64,000 nt of DNA from Eutreptiella sp. 'Long Island Sound 2002'. Its lineage: Eukaryota > Protista > Euglenida. A program made the translations under genes and the position numbers. Positions 12,690-24,534 of the stretch are shown here, piece by piece. The stretch covers positions 19,344,001 through 19,408,000 of the forward strand of contig OZ038379.1 of assembly GCA_964036045.1 (NCBI GenBank), given 5' to 3'. Position 1 is the first letter of the stretch. Each line of letters starts with the position of its first letter. The notes below the pieces were generated by a model. That model worked only from the letters and a program-made list of their open reading frames with translations. It made no database searches and was not told the origin of the DNA.

Positions 12690-12855
12690 AAACCAAGGTA
12701 TTCCGCCCACTCTTGGGCCCTCGAGAAGGTAAGGGTGGTGTAGCCATTTTTGCTTTGGTACCCTTTGTTGGGTCCCCCAAGGATGGAGCATTTACGTAGC
12801 AGGTCCGCCCACTTCTCCGCCCCCGAGAAGGCAGGGGTGATGTTGCCACTTTCTC
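12690..12855 (+). repeat. Dispersed degenerate relatives of the 85-bp satellite family
   Basis: GGGTGGTGTAGCCATTTTTG and GGCAGGGGTGATGTTGCCACTTT match the satellite core in the same orientation as the array. Confidence 0.6.
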
Positions 12856-13067
12856 ATGTTGTCCCTTTTTCCGGGAACCCCGAACAACGCAAGGCTTATG
12901 TTCATGCTGTGCCGCAGCATGCACACGGTGCAGGCTTTTGTACCTCAACACATGCTCGCATCTTAGTTTTGGCCCCTCTCCACAAGTGTATTGTTCCATG
13001 GCAAGTTTTTTTCATCTTCCTCCAGCATTTTAGCAATCACTTTCCCTTCCCAAAACCCGATAGTTGG

Positions 13068-13600
13068 TCACACCAACGGGGAGTTTTGATTGCCCATGTG
13101 GAGCCTTTGTAGCCTTGGCACCTTTTGTTTGAGGAGTGATTGACTAGTTTCTAGTTCTAGCTGGATGAATTGTGGCCCCTCAACATTGAATACGCATTTT
13201 GGCGGTGGGCAAGGGGCCTTGCAAGCCTCTTGTTTGAGTACAGGGCCCATAGGCTACGGGTTGTGCATCAAGCCAAAAGCGGTCCAAGAAGCCAACGATA
13301 ACCACAAGATAGTTTGCCATCTTTTAACAATTGCAAAGTGTAGTGCAACAGAATTAGCCATCTTGCAACAAATACCGCCATGCAGCTGTGCATAGCGGTG
13401 ACCATTGACACACAACGGACCACGGAACCCCAGCAACTTGCCTTGCGGGGAAAGGTGTAGATGCCATGCTGTTTGAAAGCAATTTAGATGTGCCTCTATA
13501 GAGGGTGTGGATGTCACCATTTTGCTGCTCAACTCGCACCCAAGCATCGTAGGGTGAGATTTGATCAGACACGCGGACACCACGCTGATTGGAAACATAC
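13068..13600 (-). mobile_element. Ty3/Gypsy-like integrase remnant
   Basis: One frame across a single stop: LIKSHPTMLG...SPQGKLLGFRGPLCVNGHRY (cf. P.G.L.P...DF.GPL..NG..Y), then TAFGLMHNP*PMGPVLKQEAC (cf. RFG.P..I.SDNGP.F....F..C). Confidence 0.5.
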
Positions 13601-13664
13601 ACACCGCAATGTGACATGCTCGCTTCGTTACCATTGAACAAGGACACACCTTTATATGCTATAT

Positions 13665-13925
<261 letters not shown>

Positions 13926-15207
13926 ATATGCATGCTATATAAGAACAAGAAGGTAACCTCTCTTATGAAAAAAATATTGGTTCTTTTGATCAATGGTTTA
14001 TGCTCTGATTATGTGAAACGCAGGTGTTGGTGGCACTTGGTTGGGAAAACTATACAATATCGGTCAGATAGAATAAATCTAAGTGGCCAAGTTGCTTGGC
14101 AACCGTGATGTAGTCCAGGAAGCACTAAGGGACAAGAGGATAGTCCAAGGCCTTCCGGGGAGTTTAGCAATTCAACTGCACCACCCGACACTTGCAGGGG
14201 CAAAACTAGCTGCAGAAAACCAATAAATTGGCTTGGTGAGACCGAGTCTTTCGTGCAACACACAAAACGGCGAACATGCCTCTATTTACAAGAATGTATC
14301 TAATTGTACTTGGAGACGCTTGGTGCCTGGACATGAAGCTTGAGCCAATTTGCTTTGGAGTGGTCTACGAGCTGCTTATCCTCGATGTGGTACGCAACCA
14401 ACTATGCATATGGATTGCACACAGTGAGACCTTCACGTCCTCCGTTTGCGTTGAGGAGACAAGGACTCCGCTCTACATAGGCGACACAAATAAGAAGGTC
14501 ATTTGAGTTACCCCCCCGAAAGCATTGGTTGTTTGTTATGGATGTGCCAATGTCCAATTTCACAAAGTGGGAACGCTGGTGAAAAAGATCATTGCGATTG
14601 CACACCACATTGTAGCGTGTACAGCCCCTCTTGCTTGCATGGCAAGTCCCCCATCACTTTCTTGTGTCAACCATTCCTTACGTGGCCGCCGTGTGAGGAC
14701 GTTCGGAAAGAAGTGAAGAGGTATTTTGCCACCTGCCGGTGGTTGGAGTAACAATCTAATATGAGTGAAGAATACCAGGTCGAAATGGCCATGTTGATAT
14801 GGAAGGCGGATCTAGTCAACATGACCATTGGGAAAAGGCAAGGCAATGCAACAACTTGAAACAATTACCGCCATGTAGCAGCGTCAGTAGATGTCACTGA
14901 ATCGCCTAGCGTTCAATGACCAAATTGCTCCATAGCGTAGCAAGAATATTACCTCCTAATGTCTGAAATGCATGCTTGTGTTCCACAACTGCAATTTGCA
15001 TTTATGTATGACTAATGAAGCAAAGAAAGTAACCACATTTTGTAATTGAACAATAGCAATTGGCAACATTCTGCTGTAGTACGCAATTGAAATACAGATC
15101 CAGAAAGTGGTGGCGTGTTTTTTTTTAAAAGTACACACAACAACGCAAGTTCTGGCAAGCAGCTGAAACAGTTCGCTCTAGCGTAAAAAATTTCAATTTT
15201 TTGTTCC

Positions 15208-15534
15208 GAGACGGACGATGGATGGGAGCAGTGGGACTGGGGGGGCGTCCTTGAGCGACTGCGCGGCGTGCCCCCCCCCCCCCCCCTCTCCCACTCGGTG
15301 CAGAAGGCCATCATTCACGTGACGCAGTGGATGGCCTCCAACGAGACCCACAAGGATCTCGCCCGGCAGTACGTCTTCCGCGGGGAGCTCCACGCCATCG
15401 TGTGCGACTGGGAGGCCTCCACGGGGGACTACGAATAGGCCCTCGCCACAATGAAGCCGACGCTGCTGCAAAAGTCCGAGGCCCTACTCCGGCGCCCCAT
15501 CTCCGAGAGCGCCAACAAGCGGCAGAAGCGATGA
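15208..15534 (+). pseudogene. GC-rich coding fragment with in-frame TAG, product unknown
   Basis: Strong GC3 bias. Reads ETDDGWEQWDWGGVLERLRG...QKAIIHVTQWMASNETHKDLARQYVFRGELHAIVCDWEASTGDYE*ALATMKPTLLQKSEALLRRPISESANKRQKR*, with TAG at 15436-15438. A pyrimidine tract plus AG precedes it at 15191-15210. Confidence 0.55.
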
Positions 15535-16921
15535 GCGGCCCCCTCCCGGGGCCCACGGCGCTCCCCCACCGTTCGGGCAGATTCAAAGCAGGCGTCCCGC
15601 CCTCTTCTTCCTTCCAGAAGCACCGCTGCTTTCGGTTTGTGTGACGTTGCCAATTGTTTTGGTTTGTTCTTTGCACAAAAAGAAAATAGCAAGGGCGACA
15701 GATGCTGCCACACACGTCAAATGCCGCATGGTGCAATCTTAGGCCAAACTTGCACCTATCCGCTTTTTTGTGTCTAAAATTGCAGCCTTCCGCATTTTTT
15801 GCTACAAAATTGCACAGCTTGCGTTGAGGTCATGCATAAAGAAAAAGGTCCTAAAAGGGTACCTACACGGTTATAATGTCGTCTTTGAGTGGTGATGATT
15901 TGTGTGGTAGGCTGGTTGCGGGGGTCGCGTACGCATCTTGAGCGTGGCTCATGTGACACCGAGTGACACATACGTCCAGAAAAGAGACCAATGGGAAACA
16001 TCTAATTTGTAGAAACCTTAACTCGTCGTAGATGAAGGGATGTTCGCATATACCTTTCTAGGGTCCCATGTGCACCATTTTGCGATGTCTCAACTCTGCT
16101 AAACTATCCACACACTATCGACACGGGATCAAACGATAACTGTACGAGCGTTTCGAGAGTCGCTCTTGTCAGCAGTGGAATCAAAAATTCCGCAAGTACA
16201 ATGACGCATACCTTGCAGGACTTGGAAGAACAACCCCACAATCCTAAGCATTGGAGACATGACCTTGTTGTCAAGTTTACCACCATTCTTGGTCCATGCA
16301 GGCCCATGCAGGCAACAACGATGTGGAACAGGGATTGAGCTTGGCTAGGTTGATCCGGAGAGTGGCGGCACTGGAGTGAAGCTATGATGATGCGTGATTG
16401 GCCTTAATCGGAACTGACATATGCAATATCGCTTGTATGGGACACAATTGCCACCCCAATGCTTGACAAAACTCAAAATCCTCGCAGCTAGACAGCCTTG
16501 ACCATTGCATACAAGTACCCTAATCATGCCAAGAAAACTGCCCCAAAAGCCAAAAAGAATAGATAGGAGGCAAGGGGTACAGACCCAGACATGGGGCAGC
16601 ATCACCAACGGGCTAAGACTAAAATCGGTGAGAATCCTTTTGGTTTCCCTGAAGCCAAGGAGACCAACATGTCATTTTCAAAGTCGTTTGGTCTAAGCTT
16701 TTGGCAATGCTTTTCTATATACTTTCCATCATTTGTGGAAATACCAACAACGTAATTTGTGTGTGTCCTTGTCCTTGGGATACAGTGTCGTTCCAAAATA
16801 CCGGATCCAAGTGGCCATGTCGGGCAGTAAGAACCGCCTCTATTGATGAATGTTCTTCATGGTGCTTCACAATGCTTGGTGCTTGGATGTCAATATTTTG
16901 TTGCTCAAATGGCACCCAAGC

Positions 16922-19748
16922 ATGGGGATCCCCGATACGGCGGGGGTGAGGTAGCCAATTTGCCCACTTGTGGGCCACTTCTGATTTTGCCCCCCGCTCT
17001 TCAGCGGTGGGGTTCCCCCATACGGCAGGGGTGAGGTAGCCAATTTGCCCACTTGTGGGCCACTTCAGATTTTGCCCCCCGCTCTGCAGCGGTGGGGCTC
17101 CCCGATACGGCAGGGGTGAGGTAGCCAATTTGCCCACTTGTGGGCCACTTCTGATTTTGCCCCCGGCTCTGCAGCGGTGGGGCTCCCTGATACGGCAGGG
17201 GTGAGGTAGCCACTTTGCCCACTTGTGGGCCACTTCTGATTTTGCCCCCCGCTCTGCAGCGGTGGGGCTCCCCGATACGGCAGGGGTGAGGTAGCCAATT
17301 TGCCCACTTGTGGGCCACTTCCTATTTTGCCCCCCGCTCTGCAGCGGTGGGGCTCCCCGATACGGCAGGGGTGAGGTAGCCAATTTGCCCACTTGTGGTC
17401 CACTTCTGATTTTGCCCCCCGCTCTGCAGCGGTGGGGCTCCCCGATACGGCAGGGGTGAGGTAGCCACTTTGCCCACTTGTGGGCCACTTCTGTTTTTGC
17501 CCCCCGCTCTGCAGCGGTGGGGCTCCCCGATACGGCACGGGTGAAGTAGCCAATTTGCCCACTTGTGGGCCACTTCTGATTTCCCCCCCCGCTCTGCAGC
17601 GGTGGGGCTCCCCGATACGGCAGGGGTGAGGTAGCCAGTTTGCCCACTGGTGGGCCACTTCTGATTTTGCCCCCCGCTCTGCAGCGGTGGGGCTCCCCGA
17701 TGCGGCAGGGGTGAGGTAGCCACTTTGCCCACTGGTGGGCCACTTCTGATTTTGCCCCCCGCTCTGAAGCGGTGGGGCTCCCCGATACGGCAGGGGTGAG
17801 GTAGCCACTTTGCCCACTTGTGGGCCACTTCTGATTTTGCCCCCCGCTCTGCAGCGGTGGGGCTCCCCGATACGGCAGGGGTGAGGTAGCCAATTTGCCC
17901 ACTTGTGGGCCACTTCTGATTTTCCCCCCCGCTTTGCAGCGGTGGGGCTCCCCGATACGGCAGGGGTGGGGTAGCCAATTTGCCCACTTGTGGGCCACTT
18001 CTGATTTTGCCCCCGGCTCTGCAGCGGTGGGGCTCCCTGATACGGCAGGGGTGAGGTAGCCAATTTGCCCACTTGTGGGCCACTTCTGATTTTGCCCCCC
18101 GCTCTGCAGCGGTGGGGCTCCCCGATACGGCAGGGGTGAGGTAGCCACTTTGCCCACTTGTGGGCCACTTCTGATTTTGCCCCCCGCTCTGCAGCGGTGG
18201 GGCTCCCCGATACGGCAGGGGTGAGGTAGCCAATTTGCCCACTTGTGGGCCACTTCTGATTTTCCCCCCCGCTCTGCAGCGGTGGGGCTCCCCGATACGG
18301 CAGGGGTGAGGTAGCCAATTTGCCCACTTGTGGGCCACTTCTGATTTTGCCCCCCGCTCTGCAGCGGTGGGGCTCCCCGATACGGCAGGGGTGAGGTAGC
18401 CACTTTGCCCACTTGTGGGCCACTTCTGATTTTGCCCCCGGCTCTGCAGCGGTGGGGCTCCCCGATACGGCAGGGGTGAGGTAGCCAATTTGCCCACTTG
18501 TGGGCCACTTCTGATTTTGCCCCCCGCTCTGCAGCGGTGGGGCTCCCCGATACGGCAGGGGTGAGGTAGCCAATTTGCCCACTTGTGGGCCACTTCTAAT
18601 TTTGCCCCCCGCTCTGCAGCGGTGGGGCTCCCCGATACGGCAGGGGTGGGGTAGCCACTTTGCCCACTTGTGGGCCACTTCTGATTTTCCCCCCCGCTCT
18701 GCAGCGGTGGGGCTCCCCGATACGGCAGGGGTGAGGTAGCCAATTTGCCCACTTGTGGGCCACTTCTGATTTTGCCCCCCGCTCTGAAGCGGTGGGGATC
18801 CCCGATACGGCAGGGGTGAGGTAGCCACTTTGCCCACTTGTGGGCCACTTCTGATTTTGCCCCCCGCTCTGCAGCGGTGGGGCTCCCCGATACGGCAGGG
18901 GTGAGGTAGCCAATTTGCCCACTTGTGGGCCACTTCTGATTTTGCCCCCCGCTCTGCAGCGGTGGGGCTCCCCGATACGGCAGGGGTGGGGTAGCCAATT
19001 TGCCCACTTGTGGGCCACTTCTGATTTTGCCCCCCGCTCTGAAGCGGTGGGGCTCCCCGATACGGCAGGGGTGAGGTAGCCAATTTGCCCACTTGTGGGC
19101 CACTTCTGATTTTGCCCCCCGCTCTGCAGCGGTGGGGCTCCCCGATACGGCAGGGGTGATGTAGCCAATTTGCCCACTTGTGGGCCACTTCTGATTTTCC
19201 CCCCCGCTCCGCAGCGGTGGGGCTCCCCGATACGGCAGGGGTGGGGTAGCCAATTTGCCCACTTGTGGGCCACTTCTGATTTTGCCCCCCGCTCTGAAGC
19301 GGTGGGGATCCCCGATACGGCAGGGGTGAGGTAGCCAATTTGCCCACTTGTGGGCCACTTCTGATTTTGCCCCCCGCTCTGCAGCGGTGGGGCTCCTCGA
19401 TACGGCAGGGGTGAGGTAGCCACTTTGCCCACTTGTGGGCCACTTCTGATTTTGCCCCCCGCTCTGAAGCGGTGGGGATCCCCGATACGGCAGGGGTGAG
19501 GTAGCCACTTTGCCCACTTGTGGGCCACTTCTGATTTTGCCCCCCACTCTGAAGCGGTGGGGATCCCCGATACGGCAGGGGTGAGGTAGCCAATTTGCCC
19601 ACTTGTGGGCCACTTCTGATTTTGCCCCCTGCTCTGCAGCGGTGGGGATCCCCGATGCGGCAGGGGTGAGGTAGCCACTTTGCCCACTTGTGGGCCACTT
19701 CTGATTTTGCCCCCCGCTCTGAAGCGGGAGGGATCCCCGATACCGCAG
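16922..19748. repeat. 85-bp tandem satellite, ~33 copies
   Basis: Monomer CACTTCTGATTTTGCCCCCCGCTCTGCAGCGGTGGGGCTCCCCGATACGGCAGGGGTGAGGTAGCCAATTTGCCCACTTGTGGGC recurs at 17061, 17146, 17231 and onward with only scattered substitutions. Confidence 0.98.
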
Positions 19749-20053
19749 TTTGTAGTGTAACCCCCCCCCCCCCCCCCCTGCAAGTGAGAATCCTGGATGG
19801 ATAGCGGGGCTGTTGCATGTTCGATGAGGGGAAAGCGTTCACAAGGGACTGTGGCACGCTGAATCCCCTCTTTGCCGAATGTGGTGGGCTTTATCCAGAA
19901 CCTTTTCTTGTTTTGTTGTGCCAACGAGGTTCAGGTGCATTGGCATTGGAGGGGGGCGAAGTAGAAAGTGCAAGTTACGAAGCACAACAGGAGTCAGAAA
20001 CCGAAATGGAGCACTGCTACGTAAGAGTCCCCATGCCACCGGATGCCCTCAGT

Positions 20054-21160
20054 CCCCACTCCCTTCACTTTCCAGGGCACTAAATTTTCCCTTGTCTTTA
20101 TTCACCCACAACATACCATGTTTGCATATGGCCCTTTTTCAGGCCTTGCTACTCCAGTTAGTAGCCCAAAGCTCGTGCCAACAGCCCCACCAGGTGTCTG
20201 AATTCACACCTGCATCTCGGTCCTCCCTCCCTCACACGGCACGCTGCTCAGAAGTTTGATGTCAAGAGGCATTCTGTACAGCAAGGAGAGCGTGGATGGC
20301 GGGAAGGACTCAAGAGGGGAGCGATGGGGAGTTTTATGAGGCTCCATGAGGTACCAGAAGGACACCGCAGTTTGCATACGGGTCTGGCAAAGCATGTCCA
20401 GACACGGATTGGCGGACCTGCATTGGGATTGGCAGTAGGCCGGGACATGCATGGACATGCACTGGCATGCACGATTTTTACTCTTGACATGCCTGGAAAA
20501 AATGGATTTGTGAGCACATGGTTGTCACTCTTGGATAGCTTGATGCTGACCCATAATTGTTCACTTGCGTGTGCCTTAGGGTGATCTAGCAGTGGCATTG
20601 TGTCTAGTAAGTCAGTTCTAAGCATGTCTCCCAAGTAGGGTGCTGGGGAAACTCCCTGCTTGAACAGAGCCCTATTGAGCACTTTGAAAGCTCTTGTCAT
20701 GATGTGCTCAGATGCAAGTCAAGGATGCTTAGATGCAAAGCATGCAAGTGAAAATCGATGGGTTGGAAAAGCAGATTACCGAGTTGAAGCGAAAATCAGC
20801 AGCATCATCAGATTCCGAGGTATGTACTGGAGGGACAAATCTTTGGGTTGCTGGAATGTGGAATGTTGTGGTAGGAGTGTGCACTGCATGGTGTGTGTAG
20901 CAGGGATGGATTTGGCAGCTACTGTTCTTATGGGTGGGCCTCGTGTTCATCAGGGGGCGAGAGGGTAATAGAAATGGACCGCGAATAGATTTGGGAAGCA
21001 TTGTGAATTCTTGCAAGGGCCGATGGCTGGAGTATTGGGGCAGACTAATGGCCGTGGTAGGAGCAGCCGGGGCCAACAAGGACTGTATGCAAGCATGGCA
21101 TGAAATGTGTGAATAAACACATGTGCAAGTACAACCACGTGGGAAGTGAAGGGAGTGGGG
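20054..21160. mobile_element. 1.1-kb TIR-bounded insert (copy 1); equivalents at 29421-30527, 38794-40466 and 48730-49836
   Basis: 21-bp inverted repeats CCCCACTCCCTTCACTTTCCA / TGGGAAGTGAAGGGAGTGGGG (1 mismatch, 2 bp longer in copy 4). Flanks GCCCTCAGT / GCCCCAGT look like a degenerate 8-9-bp target duplication. Confidence 0.55.
20733..20819 (+). CDS. Putative internal exon, coiled-coil peptide MQSMQVKIDGLEKQITELKRKSAASSDSE (present in every unit)
   Basis: Bounded by TTAG| and |GTATGT, 87 nt, stop-free, heptad-like hydrophobic spacing. Confidence 0.45.
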
Positions 21161-22226
21161 GCCCCAGTTGGTATGAGGACACAGCACGCGGCCCGGCACA
21201 GGTGTTGTGTTGAGAGGCATCCAGCATGCAAAGTGGGTGTGGACAACGGTAAGGAAAAGGAGGAAGAGCAACAGAGAAGTTTACACAGCTCCATGAGGTA
21301 CCAGAACGACACCAGAGTGTGTATGGGGGGCGGTGTCTGCCTGGGCCTTTGGATAATGAAATGACGATTATGAAATTCCTTTTTGTCTCTTTTGAGGAGG
21401 GGCGAATTCGAGGGCCACATGCGAGCGCCAAAGGGGTAGAAATTGGCCAAAAATGCAGTCAATTCTTTCCTCAAAAGCCTCCGTTGCTTTCTTTCCCACT
21501 CCCTCTCCCCGCCCCCTGCCGCTGGTCCACTCTCTCTTTGCCGTGCTAGATGCCTCTCGACTTTGAAATGCGTTAGGACCAACAAAATTTTTGACCCCAA
21601 CCATATACATCTCCTTGTTTGTTGTATTCTGGTGCTTGATTTGGTGGGTCTCTTGGCGGGGGGTAGTTTGTACGGAATGGGCTATGCAGAGTCCTGTGAA
21701 AGCGCTTGTGGGAAAGACGCCCTGCCAATGCATGCTAGGGTGCCATATCGTACCAGGGTCCATGAAATAAGGATACGCAGCGCAAAGGGTATCATTAGGG
21801 CATCGTGCAAATCCAAGGGTGAGGGCTAGGCGGGCCTTGAGCCCCCGTTTGGACCTCCTCCTCCCCCCCCCCTTTCTCAGGGAGCCCCAAAACCCCAGGC
21901 CCCCCCCATCCCCTTTTGGCAATTGGATTTGCCAGTGCCTCAGCCCTCAGAAGACGGCAATGTCTTATGTTGAGGGCATCCATTGGACCATTTTGGTTGT
22001 TATGAAATCAAATCAAATCAAAAAATCTTGCATCTCATCTTTCGAAATGTTGACACTTCTTGACAGGCTTTAAAATCAGGTTACCTCAAATTATTGCACT
22101 TCCTCAGCTCCTTGCACGGTTTCCGGATGGGATTGAGTTGTCATCCGGGAACGAGGACTCTTTGCCATGATATCCCTTGCAACCTAATTTGCCAACCTAA
22201 TTTGCACTCCGTGTTTTCTGTCTCAG

Positions 22227-22856
22227 GTTCCTTCGGAACGGCAAAAAGCTCGTAAGACACCGGAGGGTTTCAGATGGACGTGTGTGTTGGTGCCTGAGGA
22301 TTTTGACAACGCTGAAGGCAATAATGGAGGAAATAGCAGCGAGGGTTGTAGCGGTGGCACTAGTGCTGGCAGTGGCAGTGGCAGTGCTGGTGGCTGTGGC
22401 GGTGGCAGTGGCGGTGGGGGTGCAGACAATAGTGCTAGTTGTGGCACTGGCGTCAGTGATAGTGCCCGTGCAAACAACAGTAGCAATACTAGGGGTAATC
22501 GCCAAGACAACAACAGTGGCTGTGATATTGGCAACAATGGTAGTTATATTGGTCGCAATATTGGCAATGCGGATCGTCACAATGTTCCCCACGCCCATGG
22601 GGTATCGGCACCGAGTATTGATATTAACATTATGTATTCTCTCCCCGTGGCATCTAGTGAACCCGAGGTTGGTAAAACGATGCCAAGGAGTTACACGGCA
22701 CCAAGAACGGAGCCATTTTCCCGTCATCAGCCGGCATTTTTCAATGAGTCAACACCGGTTTACATGGACACAGATAGGTGGGATCCAAATGCATCTTCGT
22801 GCAAGCAGCCGGCATTTTTCTTCAGCAGTGTAGGTAGCTACCAACCGCGCATGTAG
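22227..22856 (+). CDS. Terminal exon of unknown Gly/Ser/Asn-rich protein 'A' (intact frame, copy 1)
   Basis: CTAAT branch-like motifs, a pyrimidine tract and CAG| precede VPSERQKARKTPEGFRWTCV...[G/S-rich]...APSIDINIMYSLP...QPAFFNESTPVYMDTDRWDPNA...*. Paralogous to exon B. Confidence 0.55.
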   Translation, partial: VPSERQKARKTPEGFRWTCVLVPEDFDNAEGNNGGNSSEGCSGGTSAGSGSGSAGGCGGGSGGGGADNSASCGTGVSDSARANNSSNTRGNRQDNNSGCDIGNNGSYIGRNIGNADRHNVPHAHGVSAPSIDINIMYSLPVASSEPEVGKTMPRSYTAPRTEPFSRHQPAFFNESTPVYMDTDRWDPNASSCKQPAFFFSSVGSYQPRM

Positions 22857-24534
22857 TGGTTGTGCTAGTCCTAATCCAACAGAGCAGGTGTTTGAGTTTC
22901 CAAGATTTGACGATAGACTGAGCTCAATAGTTGCATATTTGATGAAGGTTGCTGGAGATAAGCTCAACAGTTGTAGCTGTGTTTCATTAGGGAGAATTCC
23001 AGGGTGATTTTTTTGTGAAGGGGCAAGGTAGGAGTTACATTGGCAGGCATGCTGTGGAATTCTGATGCAGGCATTCCCAAGGTGGAAAGATGGAAGTCCA
23101 AAAAGGGCGGGGAGAGGGGGGCATAAGGGAGATGGTTGTTTTGGATATTGCAATGTATCAGCTGCTGTGAAGTTTTTGGCTTTATGGATCTCAAATGCGA
23201 TGCTTTGGGGTCCCCCGCATCCGCCTCCCCCGGTGGAATCCTCCACCTCCCTATGCCCTCTCCCCTGACCTAATTTCCGTTTGTCTTTCTATCAATCATT
23301 CAATCTGTCAATCTGATGAAGTCTCACCCCCTCCCCTGACCCCGAGGGCTCAGTTTGGACCCCCTTGGCAAACCACCTACGTTGTTAGCGTCAAGCATTT
23401 CAACGGCTCCGTCCCCCTCCGCCCCCTGCATTTTTCACTCCACATGTGGACATCTAAGTTTCTGTTTCTTCTCAGTCTCATCGTTCTTATGAATTTCACG
23501 GTTTTCTGGGCATTGCATTGCGAGCTTGGATCCTCCTCTTTCTTTTCTATTCTCAGTTCAGTCGGCATTTACATTTTGGGTTTGACTATTGGTGGTGTTG
23601 TATTTGATCCTCAGTGTGCAATCATATTGATGACAACAGAGACATTGCAGCATTGAAAGTTCGACGACCATTTATTATCTATGTTTCAGAGAATTTAGTG
23701 CATGTGCGCAAACTATATTGTGCACCGCTCGAGTGCGGTGGACAGCCGCTGCTGAGGACCCCCCCAATGGGCGACACGAGCAACAAACACGCCAGGCTAC
23801 CCCGCAAAGGGTCTGTGGACCGTGGCCAGCACTAGTGGAGTCCTCGGCAAACCCCACTTCAGTAAGCTCAAGTGCGGCAAAACCGCCCGCCCAAGCAAGA
23901 GATCCTCGCTCATTGCAAGGGGGCCAAAGCACACTTTCTTTAAGTGTGTACTTATCCCGTCTCGCAATAGAAAGATGCCTTTGGAACATGTACCATTGGC
24001 AGTCTTTCTTCTGCAAACGCTTGCTGCCGTCGCTCCTTTAAGTGCGTTAGTCGCTGTGCAGCAATCCCACGGGAGCTTTTTGGGCAAGCTTGAGGTTTGT
24101 GATGGTTGATTTTCCACAGAAGAATTTTCTCCTTGCAAAGAAGTACCATGTTGGGGACCATGGCGTGCAGATACACTGTAAAGTGTGGTGTACCGCTTGA
24201 TGGAAATCACACACCTAGATTTTGTACCAGAGAAACAGCTACATTGGTGCAACCCCTGCGAAGAAAAAGGCGCCGATTGGTCTGCTCCGGTGGTGTTGTG
24301 GTGCCTCCAGGAAGCATCCAAATCCTGCGAATTCATATTAGGAAACGGTGTGAAATGTTCTTATCTTAGACAGCAAGATGTGGGCTATAGGACAAGTGCA
24401 AATCCACCAAGACTTTTCAAATGGCGATTAGACCAAAGTGTGTTGCCTTGCCGGGGGGGGGGGGGGGGAAGGTGCCCAGTAATCATTCCTTCTTGCACGC
24501 CTAGCTTTACTGACATTTATTTCTTGTGTCACAG

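Noticed and set aside
14560-14754. LINE-like GGL motif (ESDGGLAM)
   Set aside because: A single weak motif with no RT core nearby.
16050-16520. RNase H and integrase-like words on the minus strand (IGVAIVSH..IAYVS; QNGAHGTLERYMR)
   Set aside because: Too short and too closely spaced to support a call by eye.
16922-19748. CRISPR array
   Set aside because: Contiguous monomers with no unique spacers, no cas genes, and a eukaryotic context.
16715-19924. 442-930 aa minus-strand ORFs with an 85-aa periodic sequence
   Set aside because: By-product of an 85-bp satellite that lacks stops in all three minus-strand frames. All frames give the same permuted peptide.
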